Shown in pieces: positions 16,374-25,144 of a stretch of DNA of 64,000 nucleotides. This stretch comes from an uncultured Candidatus Saccharibacteria bacterium. Lineage in GTDB: Bacteria; Patescibacteriota; Doudnabacteria; UBA920. The translations under genes were made by a program, and so were the position numbers. The first letter of the stretch is position 1, and each line of letters starts with the position of its first letter. The notes beneath the pieces are model-generated. The model was not told where the DNA came from, did no database searches, and saw only the letters and a program-made list of their open reading frames with translations. The stretch lies in NCBI GenBank assembly GCA_964436545.1, contig CAYTCJ010000001.1, forward strand, positions 142,392 through 206,391. The letters run 5' to 3'.

Positions 16374-18212
16374 CTATTTATCTTTTAATTTCGGTAGATC
16401 CAACTTTATATGCAATTCTTTAAGTTGTTTTTCTTCCACAGTTCCGGGGGCGGACATCATTACATCTTCGGCACTGCCATTTTTAGGAAAAGCAATAACT
16501 TCTCTAATGTTATTTTCGTTCTCTAAGAGCATTAACAGTCTGTCTATCCCTGGCGCAAAACCGCCGTGTGGGGGTGCGCCGTATTCAAACGCACGAATCA
16601 TCCCGCCAAATTTTTCATCTACAGTTTTTTTGTCATAACCGACCAGTTCAAAGGCTTTATACATAATTTCCGGTTTGTAGTTGCGAATGGCGCCACTGGA
16701 AAGCTCGAGGCCATTGGCAATAATGTCGTATTGGTAAGCTTTAATAGTTAACGGATCGTGGTTGGTTAAAGCTTCCAGTCCGCCTTGAGGCATAGAAAAT
16801 GGATTGTGCATAAAATCCAATTTGCCTTCTTTATTCAGTTCATACATAGGAAAATCGGTAATCCACGCCCAAGCAATTAGGTTGGGATCTTTTAGATTAA
16901 ACAGATCACCCAAATGATGGCGAAGTTTGCCTAAAACTTTGTTAACCACTTCGCGACTGTCAGCCCCAAAGAAAATTATGTCGCCGGTTTGGGCTTGGGT
17001 TTTGGAAATTATTACTTGAGTTTCGTCTGGAGAGAGAAACTTAAGAATGGGGGAACGTAATTTTATTCCATCAACTATCACCCCTCCCTGACCCTCCCCA
17101 TCAGATGGGAGGGAATTATTTTCGCATACAATATACGCCAGACCGCCGGCGCCTTCTTTTTTAACAAATTCGGTAAGGTCATCAATTTGCGAGCGGGTGA
17201 GTTTGGCTCCACCTTTACAGCAAATCGCTTTTACCGCTCCACCACTTTTTAAGGCATTACCAAATACGCTAAAGCCGGTGGTTTTAAGCTCAGCCGATAA
17301 ATCTATAAGTTTCATTTCAAATCTTAAGTCCGGTCTGTCACTCCCGTATTCTTCCATAGCTGTAAGGTAGGGTAGGCGAGGAAAAGGTTTTTGCAAACAT
17401 TTTTTTTGCGCAAATTCTTCGGTGAGTTTAATAAACAAAGGTTCCATTTCGTTAAAGACCACCTCGTCTTTGTCCGCAAACGCAATTTCTAAATCTAATT
17501 GATAAAATTCACCCGGACTGCGGTCGGCTCTGGGGTCTTCGTCTCTAAAACAGGGTGCAATTTGAAAATATTTTGGCACTCCGCTTACCATTAACAATTG
17601 CTTAAATTGTTGAGGGGCTTGCGGGAGAGCGTAAAATTTTCCCGGGTGCAGGCGGGAAGGCACTAAATAGTCGCGGGCGCCTTCCGGACTGCTGGAGGTT
17701 AAAATGGGCGTGGTAATTTCTATAAAGCCTTGGGCATCCATCCAGTCGCGAATGAATTTAATCATTTTATGCCTTTTAAAGAGCATGGTTTGCATTTTTT
17801 CTCTTCGCAAATCCAAAAAGCGATATTTGAGACGAATGTCCTCGTTGGCTAATTGGTTTTGTTCGCCATGTCCGTGGGCGACCTGAAAGGGGAGGGGCTT
17901 TGAGGAATTTAAAAGTTGTAAGTTGTAAGTTGTAAGTTCTATGTTCCCAGTGGGAAGATTTGGATTTTTGGTTGCATCACTACGTTCTACCACTTGACCA
18001 TCTACTCTAATAACAAATTCATCTCTACATTTATCAGCCACAGAAAAAGCCTCAGCTTGGTCCGGATGAATGGCTAATTGGACCAAACCAGTATGATCTC
18101 TAAGATCAATAAAAATAACGCCTCCGTGGTCTCTTCGGGAGTTTACCCAACCGGATAAACTAACGGTTTGACCAACAAGCTTTGGCGTTTCTATGCAAAG
18201 TGTTCTTTTCAT
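16374..18212 (-). CDS. aspS: aspartyl-tRNA synthetase (bacterial type with GAD insertion domain)
   Basis: Class II motifs (FRDEDPRADRSPEF-like FRDEDPRADRSPGEFYQLD, GGFAPGIDRLLMLL) and an OB-fold N-terminus. Confidence 0.95.
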   Translation of the reverse strand: MKRTLCIETPKLVGQTVSLSGWVNSRRDHGGVIFIDLRDHTGLVQLAIHPDQAEAFSVADKCRDEFVIRVDGQVVERSDATKNPNLPTGNIELTTYNLQLLNSSKPLPFQVAHGHGEQNQLANEDIRLKYRFLDLRREKMQTMLFKRHKMIKFIRDWMDAQGFIEITTPILTSSSPEGARDYLVPSRLHPGKFYALPQAPQQFKQLLMVSGVPKYFQIAPCFRDEDPRADRSPGEFYQLDLEIAFADKDEVVFNEMEPLFIKLTEEFAQKKCLQKPFPRLPYLTAMEEYGSDRPDLRFEMKLIDLSAELKTTGFSVFGNALKSGGAVKAICCKGGAKLTRSQIDDLTEFVKKEGAGGLAYIVCENNSLPSDGEGQGGVIVDGIKLRSPILKFLSPDETQVIISKTQAQTGDIIFFGADSREVVNKVLGKLRHHLGDLFNLKDPNLIAWAWITDFPMYELNKEGKLDFMHNPFSMPQGGLEALTNHDPLTIKAYQYDIIANGLELSSGAIRNYKPEIMYKAFELVGYDKKTVDEKFGGMIRAFEYGAPPHGGFAPGIDRLLMLLENENNIREVIAFPKNGSAEDVMMSAPGTVEEKQLKELHIKLDLPKLKDK

Positions 18213-18453
18213 ATGATTTATTGTAACCGATAGACAGTCGGCACAAAGTTAATAATTAAAATTATTATAACAAAAACGTTAATTTTTGCCAAATTGTTTT
18301 GATTGAAATATAATATTCAAGTTAATTAAAAAATAAAGATTAAATGCTAAAAAAAATCGTCTTAGATTTAGAAACGCATCCGTCCTACGCTGAAAGCTTC
18401 GGAGGATTGCTTACCACTGTAAATAAAAGATTATTTTGTGAAGGTAGGTGTCT

Positions 18454-19032
18454 ATGCTAAAAAAAATCGTTTTAGACTTAGAAACGCAAAAGTCGTTTGA
18501 GGAAGTGGGAGGAAGAGGGAAAAATCATTTGTTAAAAATTTCTGTTTGCGGGATCTACGATTATGCCATAAATAAATACAGCGTGTTTCGCGAGCACGAA
18601 ATTCCAAAATTAGAAAATATTTTACAAACCGCAGATTTGGTGATTGGTTATAACATAAAAGATTTTGACTTTGAAGTCTTAAAACCTTATTTGAATTTTG
18701 ATGTTCATACTTTACCTTACTTGGATTTGTTGGAGGAGATTGGAAAAAAGTTAGGCCATCGACTTAAATTGCAAGATGTGGCAGAAGCCACTTTAGGTTC
18801 GGGTAAATCGGGTTCGGGTAAGGAAGCTTTACTCCTGTATAAACAAGGGCGGTTTGGGGATTTGGAAAAATATTGTTTGGATGATGTGAAGATCACCAAA
18901 CAACTGTATGATTACGTGACAAAAAACCAGAAGTTGTTGTATAAAGATTTTTTTAAAGTCAAAGAACTCGCGTTAAAAATCCCGGAGGCAAAACAAAGAG
19001 TCGGGGTAATGCATCAAGTAGCGCTTTTTTGA
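18454..19032 (+). CDS. RNase H-like 3'-5' exonuclease family protein
   Basis: LDLET...GYNIKDFDFEVL...CLDDV pattern of DEDD-type exonucleases. Start set at the ATG at 18454. Confidence 0.65.
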   Translation: MLKKIVLDLETQKSFEEVGGRGKNHLLKISVCGIYDYAINKYSVFREHEIPKLENILQTADLVIGYNIKDFDFEVLKPYLNFDVHTLPYLDLLEEIGKKLGHRLKLQDVAEATLGSGKSGSGKEALLLYKQGRFGDLEKYCLDDVKITKQLYDYVTKNQKLLYKDFFKVKELALKIPEAKQRVGVMHQVALF

Positions 19033-19139
19033 CAAGTCAAAAAAGAATTTTTAATTTCCAATTTTAAATTTTTAAAGAGTAAATTTAAACCTAAAATTCC
19101 AAATTGGGTATTAGTAATTAATTTTGAGTAAATTAGGAA

Positions 19140-20039
19140 TTGTCAAAGTTAAAAATCCCCAGCATAATTATTTTTGTAACCGTCTTAATTTATTTTTTAA
19201 GTTTGGTTTTTTCCGGTCGCTGGGTTTTACCTCAAATTATATCTTTCGGAGCGCTATCGATTCACTATTACGGAATAGTTATGGCTGTGGCAGTGGGTTT
19301 TGGTTATAAATTGGCCATGCACCGAACGCAACTTTATGAAATAGCTTTACCTTGGGCGGAAAAATTATTTTTTTGGGTAATTATTGGCGGATTGGTTGGA
19401 GCTAGAATTTATCATGTTTTTTCATCGGTTAGTTATTATTCTTTGCACCCGATGGAGATTTTAAAAGTTTGGCATGGCGGTTTGTCTATTTACGGCGCTT
19501 TGATTGGTGGATTTCTGGCTTTGCTTCTGTGGAAAAAACTTACAACTTACCTGCCTTGTCGGCAGACAGGCAACTTACCTGCCTTGTCGGCAGACAGGCA
19601 ACTTACAACACTTCTAAATTGGCTAACTCCCTCGCTCATTCTCGGTCAAATTATTGGTCGGTTTGGAAATTTATTTAATTACGAAGTTTATGGTTACCCG
19701 ACTAATTTACCTTGGAAGTTATTTGTGCCCAATGAATTTAGAGTTTTGGGTTATGAAGCTTTTGCTTTCTATCACCCGTGGTTTTTATATGAACAAATCG
19801 GCTTAATTTTAATTTTCATCCTCTTTAAGGTGTATTTTAATTTAAAATCCGAGCGCTTGTTTGTTTACTACGTTTTATTGTATAATTTAATGAGATTTGG
19901 TCTGGAATTTTTAAGAATTGATAGCCATTTCATTGGGCCTTTTAGGCAAAATGCTGTGGTGAGTTTATGCTTTGCGGTGGGGGCTTTGGGTTTGATAATT
20001 TATTGGAGAGTTTTAAAATCAGCTAACAATGCGTCTTGA
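19140..20039 (+). CDS. lgt: prolipoprotein diacylglyceryl transferase with an in-frame repeat insertion
   Basis: Lgt motifs (HYYGIVMAVAV, GARIYHV, WHGGLSIYGALIGG, GRFGNLFNYEVYG). Confidence 0.9.
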   Translation: MSKLKIPSIIIFVTVLIYFLSLVFSGRWVLPQIISFGALSIHYYGIVMAVAVGFGYKLAMHRTQLYEIALPWAEKLFFWVIIGGLVGARIYHVFSSVSYYSLHPMEILKVWHGGLSIYGALIGGFLALLLWKKLTTYLPCRQTGNLPALSADRQLTTLLNWLTPSLILGQIIGRFGNLFNYEVYGYPTNLPWKLFVPNEFRVLGYEAFAFYHPWFLYEQIGLILIFILFKVYFNLKSERLFVYYVLLYNLMRFGLEFLRIDSHFIGPFRQNAVVSLCFAVGALGLIIYWRVLKSANNAS

Positions 20040-20781
20040 TTTAACCAAATATCATAAATTTAGCGCCGGGGCCTTAAGCGCCTTGTATGTTTGGGTGCTG
20101 TATAATTGGACTACCCCGGTACCTATTTTTAGGTTTCTTTTGCCCGCATTTTTATGCATCTTGGGACTAACAGCGTATTATAATTTAAAATATTTAACCA
20201 CAGGGCAAGCTAAAAATGTTTGGCCCATTTTGCGAGTGGCGCTTTTACAGTCAGCCGGGTTTTTATTATTTTTTGTTATGCCTAGCGCGCCGGCCCGAAT
20301 AATGTTTTTGATGATCTCTTTCATTTTTTTGTTTATTTCGGAATATTTAATTTTAGATTTTTCGGAAAATATTTTATTTAACGAAGTGATTTTAATTTCC
20401 TTTGGGTTTTTTTACGGGTTTAACGGACTCTTGTGGAATTTTCCGACTTTTAATTATATCGGTCTCTTGGCCTTATTCGTAGTGTTAAGTTTATTAACTC
20501 GGTGTTTTTATGAATTTGCACCTTTAACCGCTAAGGCGAAATGGATAAACGCTTTGGTTTTGGCTTTTTTATCGGCACAAATTTTTTGGGCTTGTTTGTA
20601 TTTACCTTTTCATTTTTCGGCATTAGCGGTGATTGGGTTTAACTTGTATTATTTATTAGTCGGCTTAAATTATTTTTATATTTTTAATACTTTAACGGAA
20701 AAGAAATTTAAATTTTATGTCGGTTTGTCCGGAGTGTGCATTTTACTGGTAATGCTCACCACGCCTTGGAAAATTTTATAA
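20029..20781 (+). CDS. hypothetical multi-pass membrane protein (250 aa)
   Basis: ATG overlaps the lgt stop; 7-8 hydrophobic segments. Confidence 0.6.
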   Translation: MRLDLTKYHKFSAGALSALYVWVLYNWTTPVPIFRFLLPAFLCILGLTAYYNLKYLTTGQAKNVWPILRVALLQSAGFLLFFVMPSAPARIMFLMISFIFLFISEYLILDFSENILFNEVILISFGFFYGFNGLLWNFPTFNYIGLLALFVVLSLLTRCFYEFAPLTAKAKWINALVLAFLSAQIFWACLYLPFHFSALAVIGFNLYYLLVGLNYFYIFNTLTEKKFKFYVGLSGVCILLVMLTTPWKIL

Positions 20782-20782
20782 T

Positions 20783-21012
20783 CAGGGCTTACGCTCTTGC
20801 CACTTTAGACTTGGCAGAGCCAAGCCCTTAAAGTGGCTTTGGTCAATTTCTTCGTTAAAATACTGTGGTTTTTGTCGCCGTAGTTCCACTACGGCTCCAA
20901 AAATCCTCGTATTTTGCCTGGATCGTGATGATTTGGCTTGAGTTCGGGCTCAGCCCGAACTTTAAAGCCAAATCAAGCTCTTGTCGAAATTGCCTCAAAA
21001 GCGTAAGTCCTG
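20783..21012 (+). mobile_element. MITE-like structured repeat, copy D, carrying a nested 66-bp palindromic insertion
   Basis: Same subfamily as copy A; flanked by ATAAT on both sides; extra segment 20920-20985 is absent from copy A. Confidence 0.75.
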
Positions 21013-21086
21013 ATAATCTTTTCTGCCTGAGCGTATCGGCAGAATAGGGCTATCGCTTTACATTAATTATCATTTAACCCTTACCA

Positions 21087-22052
21087 ATGACAGAAATTAA
21101 GCAGAAAATTTTAATAACCGGTGGAGCCGGGTTTATTGGTTCTAATTTTGTGCATTATTGGCTGAAGCAACATCCGGCGGATAAAATAGTGGTTTTAGAT
21201 AAGCTCACTTATGCCGGACGCAAAGAAAATTTAAACGGAGTATGGGAAAAAATTCAATTTATTCAAGGAGATATTTGCGACCCATCACAAGTTGATAAAA
21301 CCATGAAGGGTGTAGATATTGTGGTGCATTTTGCGGCGGAAAGTCATGTGGACAGGTCTATTACCGGGCCCGATGAATTTATTACAACCAATGTTTTAGG
21401 CACGCATAATTTGTTAAAGCACGCTTTAAAACACGGAGTTAAAAGGTTTCATCATGTTTCTACCGACGAGGTGTTTGGTTCTTTGCCTCTGGGGAGTAAA
21501 GAAAAATGGACCGAAAATTCTCCCTATAATCCTCGCAGTCCGTATTCAGCCAGTAAAGCGGGATCGGATAATTTAGTAAGGGCTTATTATTATACTTACA
21601 AGCTACCCATTACAATTTCTAATTGTTCCAATAATCTTGGGCCGAGGTGTTTTCCAGAAAAATTAATTCCTTTGGCCATTACCAATTTATTGCAAAATAA
21701 AAAAGTTCCGCTTTACAAACCCGGGAATCAAATTCGGGAATGGTTGTATGTAGAAGATCATTGCAGTGCCATCGAAGCCATTTTAACAAAAGGCCAAGTC
21801 GGAGAAACTTATTTTATTGGGCCGGATAATCCGGAGTTAACCAATTTGGCAGTTATAAAAAAATTACTTGAGCTAATGGGTTTAAAGGAAGACATGATTG
21901 AATTCGTGGCAGATAGGCCTGGGCATGACCAGCGCTATGCTATGGATCATGGTAAAATTACCAGAGAGCTGGGCTGGCAACCTAAGTTTGGGCTGGAAGA
22001 AGCTCTAAAACTCACGGTGGAGTGGTATGCGGGGCAAGCACATAAGCCATAA
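21087..22052 (+). CDS. rfbB: dTDP-glucose 4,6-dehydratase
   Basis: TGGAGFIGSNF Rossmann motif, YSASKAGSD catalytic motif, RmlB-like length. Confidence 0.92.
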   Translation: MTEIKQKILITGGAGFIGSNFVHYWLKQHPADKIVVLDKLTYAGRKENLNGVWEKIQFIQGDICDPSQVDKTMKGVDIVVHFAAESHVDRSITGPDEFITTNVLGTHNLLKHALKHGVKRFHHVSTDEVFGSLPLGSKEKWTENSPYNPRSPYSASKAGSDNLVRAYYYTYKLPITISNCSNNLGPRCFPEKLIPLAITNLLQNKKVPLYKPGNQIREWLYVEDHCSAIEAILTKGQVGETYFIGPDNPELTNLAVIKKLLELMGLKEDMIEFVADRPGHDQRYAMDHGKITRELGWQPKFGLEEALKLTVEWYAGQAHKP

Positions 22053-22141
22053 GCAAATCAGCGGATTAGATTGGAAATAAGATGAAAGTAGCGAAGATTT
22101 TTATTACAAAAAGCTAACACCTATAACCTAATACCTAAAAT

Positions 22142-22882
22142 ATGAAAGGCATAATTCTTTCCGGTGGGGCAGGCACTCGGCTTTACCCCTTAACCAAAAT
22201 TACTAGTAAACAACTCTTACCGGTTTATAACAAACCGATGATTTACTATCCTTTGGAAACTTTGCTCAAGGCCGGCATAAAGGATATTTTAATTATTGTT
22301 TCGCCGGAACACAGCGACGATTATTTAAAACTTTTGGGTAGTGGCGGTGAGTTTGGCGCCCGCTTCACTTACGAAATTCAAGACAAACCCGAAGGTTTGG
22401 CCCAAGCCTTTATTATTGGGGAAAATTTTATTGGTCAAGATAATGTTTGTATGATTTTAGGGGATAACATTTTTTTTACCGAAGATGAAAATGTCTTATC
22501 GAATCATATTAAGAATTTTAAGTTAGGCGGACAAATTTTTGCCAAAGAAGTGAGTGATCCGGAAAGATTTGGCGTAGTGAAGTTTGACAGTCAGGGTAAA
22601 GCCATACAGATAGAAGAAAAACCCCAAACTTACTTATCTAACTATGCCATTACCGGACTCTATCTTTACGATAATCGGGTAGTGGAAGTGGCTAAACAAG
22701 TGAGGCCCTCAGGGCGCGGGGAGTTGGAAATTACCGATATTCACAATTGGTATTTAAAGCGAGGGGAACTACAGGTAGATATTGTTAAAGGAGAATGGCT
22801 GGATGCCGGCACATTTGAAAGTCTATTTCGTGCCGGAGAGCTAGCAAGAAGCAGAGCTTATAATGCGGATATACAGATTTAA
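22142..22882 (+). CDS. rfbA: glucose-1-phosphate thymidylyltransferase (short form)
   Basis: GGAGTRLYPLT, PEGLAQAF and LGDNIF motifs. Confidence 0.9.
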   Translation: MKGIILSGGAGTRLYPLTKITSKQLLPVYNKPMIYYPLETLLKAGIKDILIIVSPEHSDDYLKLLGSGGEFGARFTYEIQDKPEGLAQAFIIGENFIGQDNVCMILGDNIFFTEDENVLSNHIKNFKLGGQIFAKEVSDPERFGVVKFDSQGKAIQIEEKPQTYLSNYAITGLYLYDNRVVEVAKQVRPSGRGELEITDIHNWYLKRGELQVDIVKGEWLDAGTFESLFRAGELARSRAYNADIQI

Positions 22883-22956
22883 ATACTGATAATCCGAACA
22901 ATTCGGATTATGGCTAATATGTTCAGCGTGAGCTTCATATCATTTGTATCATTAGC

Positions 22957-23937
22957 ATGTATTCGTATATTGGTATCGCAGTTATGACTATACGCCACCA
23001 AAAAATTATTTCCGCCATCTTAATTGCCATTGTAGCTTTTGGCGGTTTTGAGATTTTAGCGAAGATAATCAATCTTAACCAAACGGAATGGTTTTTGAAG
23101 GCCGGTTTTGCCATTTGGTTGTATTTGGCACTCAAGATTGGAATTTTATACGATCTCCATTTTAAACAACCGGGAGCTCTAAAACGAGCCATAAAAAAGC
23201 ACGAAAGCATAGAACATTGGTTTGTCCGAAGCCTAAAAATAGTTTTGAGTGCTTTATTTGACCGTTTTAGTCATTTAGCCACCAAAGACCATTGGCTGAA
23301 ATTTCAAAATTATTTAATTCTGCCCGGTATTTTATTTTGGTCAACGGTAATTTTAATTTATAAAAATGCTTCACCCCTTACCGACAGGCCCTTACAGCAA
23401 TTTTTTATTTTTCTTTCGGGTACAGCTTTGGTAGTAGCCTTTTGGTATTTAAAAGAAATTTTTATTCGCCACACGGAAAAGGTGGAATCCGATGTAATTG
23501 CCGGGCTTGCAATAGTAAAAATTTATTCCGCTATTATTGCGTATGGTGCCACCCTCTCTATTTTTAGAAGGTTTTGTTTGGAGCCCAAGTTGTTTGTAAT
23601 GGCGGTGTTTGCAATTAGTTTTTTGTTAATCTACCAAGCCTTGTTCCAACATAAGTTAGTTAAACTTACCAATCTCTTTTGGACATTGGTGATTTCCGGT
23701 CTTATGGGGAGTTTGGGTTATGTGATCTATCGTTTTTGGGCTATTAACCCTTATACGGCCATGCTGGTAATGGGCGCGGTGTTTAATGCCTTATGGGGAA
23801 TTTTCCATTACAAATTAGACGGGGCTTTAACTAAAAGAGCCTTTTTGGAGACTTTATTAATTTGTCTGTTGTTAATTATTATGCTGGCCTCGGTAACCAA
23901 TTTTAAAGAAAGAATTTTAAATGCCTGCGTGTATTAA
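22957..23937 (+). CDS. hypothetical multi-pass membrane protein (326 aa)
   Basis: Long hydrophobic ORF; no family recognised. Confidence 0.55.
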   Translation: MYSYIGIAVMTIRHQKIISAILIAIVAFGGFEILAKIINLNQTEWFLKAGFAIWLYLALKIGILYDLHFKQPGALKRAIKKHESIEHWFVRSLKIVLSALFDRFSHLATKDHWLKFQNYLILPGILFWSTVILIYKNASPLTDRPLQQFFIFLSGTALVVAFWYLKEIFIRHTEKVESDVIAGLAIVKIYSAIIAYGATLSIFRRFCLEPKLFVMAVFAISFLLIYQALFQHKLVKLTNLFWTLVISGLMGSLGYVIYRFWAINPYTAMLVMGAVFNALWGIFHYKLDGALTKRAFLETLLICLLLIIMLASVTNFKERILNACVY

Positions 23938-24983
23938 AACCAATACAAAAAACAGATGACTAACAAGCATAAAATCAATAACACGGTGTTGTTGATTTTT
24001 TTATCCAAATGGGCAAGTTTATTTTGAACTGCCTTATTTAGGTCAATGAGTAAGAAAAATAATATTAAACCCCCCAAAATTAAAATGGGGTTGTTTGCCA
24101 AATCTTTTACGGGATTTGTCTTACTTACTAAACTTTTAATTGGCGCGGAAGTAGTTTTGGCAGGAAGGTTGGTTGGTAAGCTTGGCTTTACCTGGATTTT
24201 CTCGTTTGTTGCTTCATTGCTTAACGGAGTTTGGGGTAGAGTAAAATTTTGAGCAAATTTATCTCCCCTTAGTGCTTCTGGTGGGGGATTAGGCATTAGA
24301 GTCTGAGTTTCAGGGGTCTTTATGTCTACAACCTCCGAGTTAGGCGTTAAAACAGTCTCTGGGGTTTGTGCGCTTAAAGGCGGAGGAGGGGTTTTCTTTT
24401 TTACCACGGTTTTTCGGCTGGAAGTTTTTGGCTTGGGAGCCGGTTTTTTTACCAGAGGAGTGGTTTCGGCAATAGGAGCTGATTTTTTTATTGGTAGTAA
24501 GCTCCCAAAAGTATTGGCAATGGCAGAGCCGTAGGAATTTGCGCCTTGTCCAAAGTTCAGTCCCATTCCTTGGTCTTTAAAACCCTCGGTTAAAATATTC
24601 GCTCTATGGGTGGGGCTGTTCATCCAAGCGCTCATTAAACTTTCCGTGGAAAAAAATTCAATGGCTAAGTTTTCACCCAGCTGTAAGTAGGGAGTATAGC
24701 CTTCGCTTACAATTTTGTTCCAAATATAATTACCCTCCGGATCGGTATGGCTAAAATAGTGACGACTTTGCATATCGTCGGCTTTATATTGAGCAGCTTT
24801 GCCAAGCCGAATGTCCGAGTTTAAGGCCGGCAGGTTATTGGCCAGTCTTTCCTGATTGACAGCATTGAGAATATTTTCAGGAGTTAAATCTGAGGCATTG
24901 ACCCGGGAAGTCTTTATAGGTATATTTCTAAAGGCCAAAATTACTAAGCCCAGTCCCAATAAAATTAAAAGCTTTTTATGCAT
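23934..24983 (-). CDS. CAP/SCP-domain secreted protein with Pro/Thr-rich linker and C-terminal TM anchor
   Basis: Signal peptide; CAP-like core (YFSHTDPEG ... WMNSPTHRANIL); C-terminal hydrophobic helix. Confidence 0.8.
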   Translation of the reverse strand: MHKKLLILLGLGLVILAFRNIPIKTSRVNASDLTPENILNAVNQERLANNLPALNSDIRLGKAAQYKADDMQSRHYFSHTDPEGNYIWNKIVSEGYTPYLQLGENLAIEFFSTESLMSAWMNSPTHRANILTEGFKDQGMGLNFGQGANSYGSAIANTFGSLLPIKKSAPIAETTPLVKKPAPKPKTSSRKTVVKKKTPPPPLSAQTPETVLTPNSEVVDIKTPETQTLMPNPPPEALRGDKFAQNFTLPQTPLSNEATNEKIQVKPSLPTNLPAKTTSAPIKSLVSKTNPVKDLANNPILILGGLILFFLLIDLNKAVQNKLAHLDKKINNTVLLILCLLVICFLYWF

Positions 24984-25081
24984 AGTAGGTTTTGTAAGTG
25001 CATTTTAACAGATGTAACTTATAACTACAAATTTTTATATGGCTTAAATAAGAGGAAAAATTTCTTGATTATAATATAATA

Positions 25082-25110
25082 TTGACAAATATTAAAATTT
25101 ATGATATTAT
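25082..25110 (+). promoter_or_regulatory. promoter TTGACA-17-TATTAT for the sortase gene
   Basis: TTGACA 25082-25087, 17-nt spacer, TATTAT 25105-25110. Confidence 0.55.
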
Positions 25111-25144
25111 ATATGGTTAAATATTATAAATTGATTAAATAAAT

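Noticed and set aside
20037-20039. Possibility of an alternative genetic code with UGA recoding, as in some candidate-phyla lineages.
   Set aside because: TGA terminates lgt at exactly the expected length, and conserved proteins are uninterrupted under the standard code.
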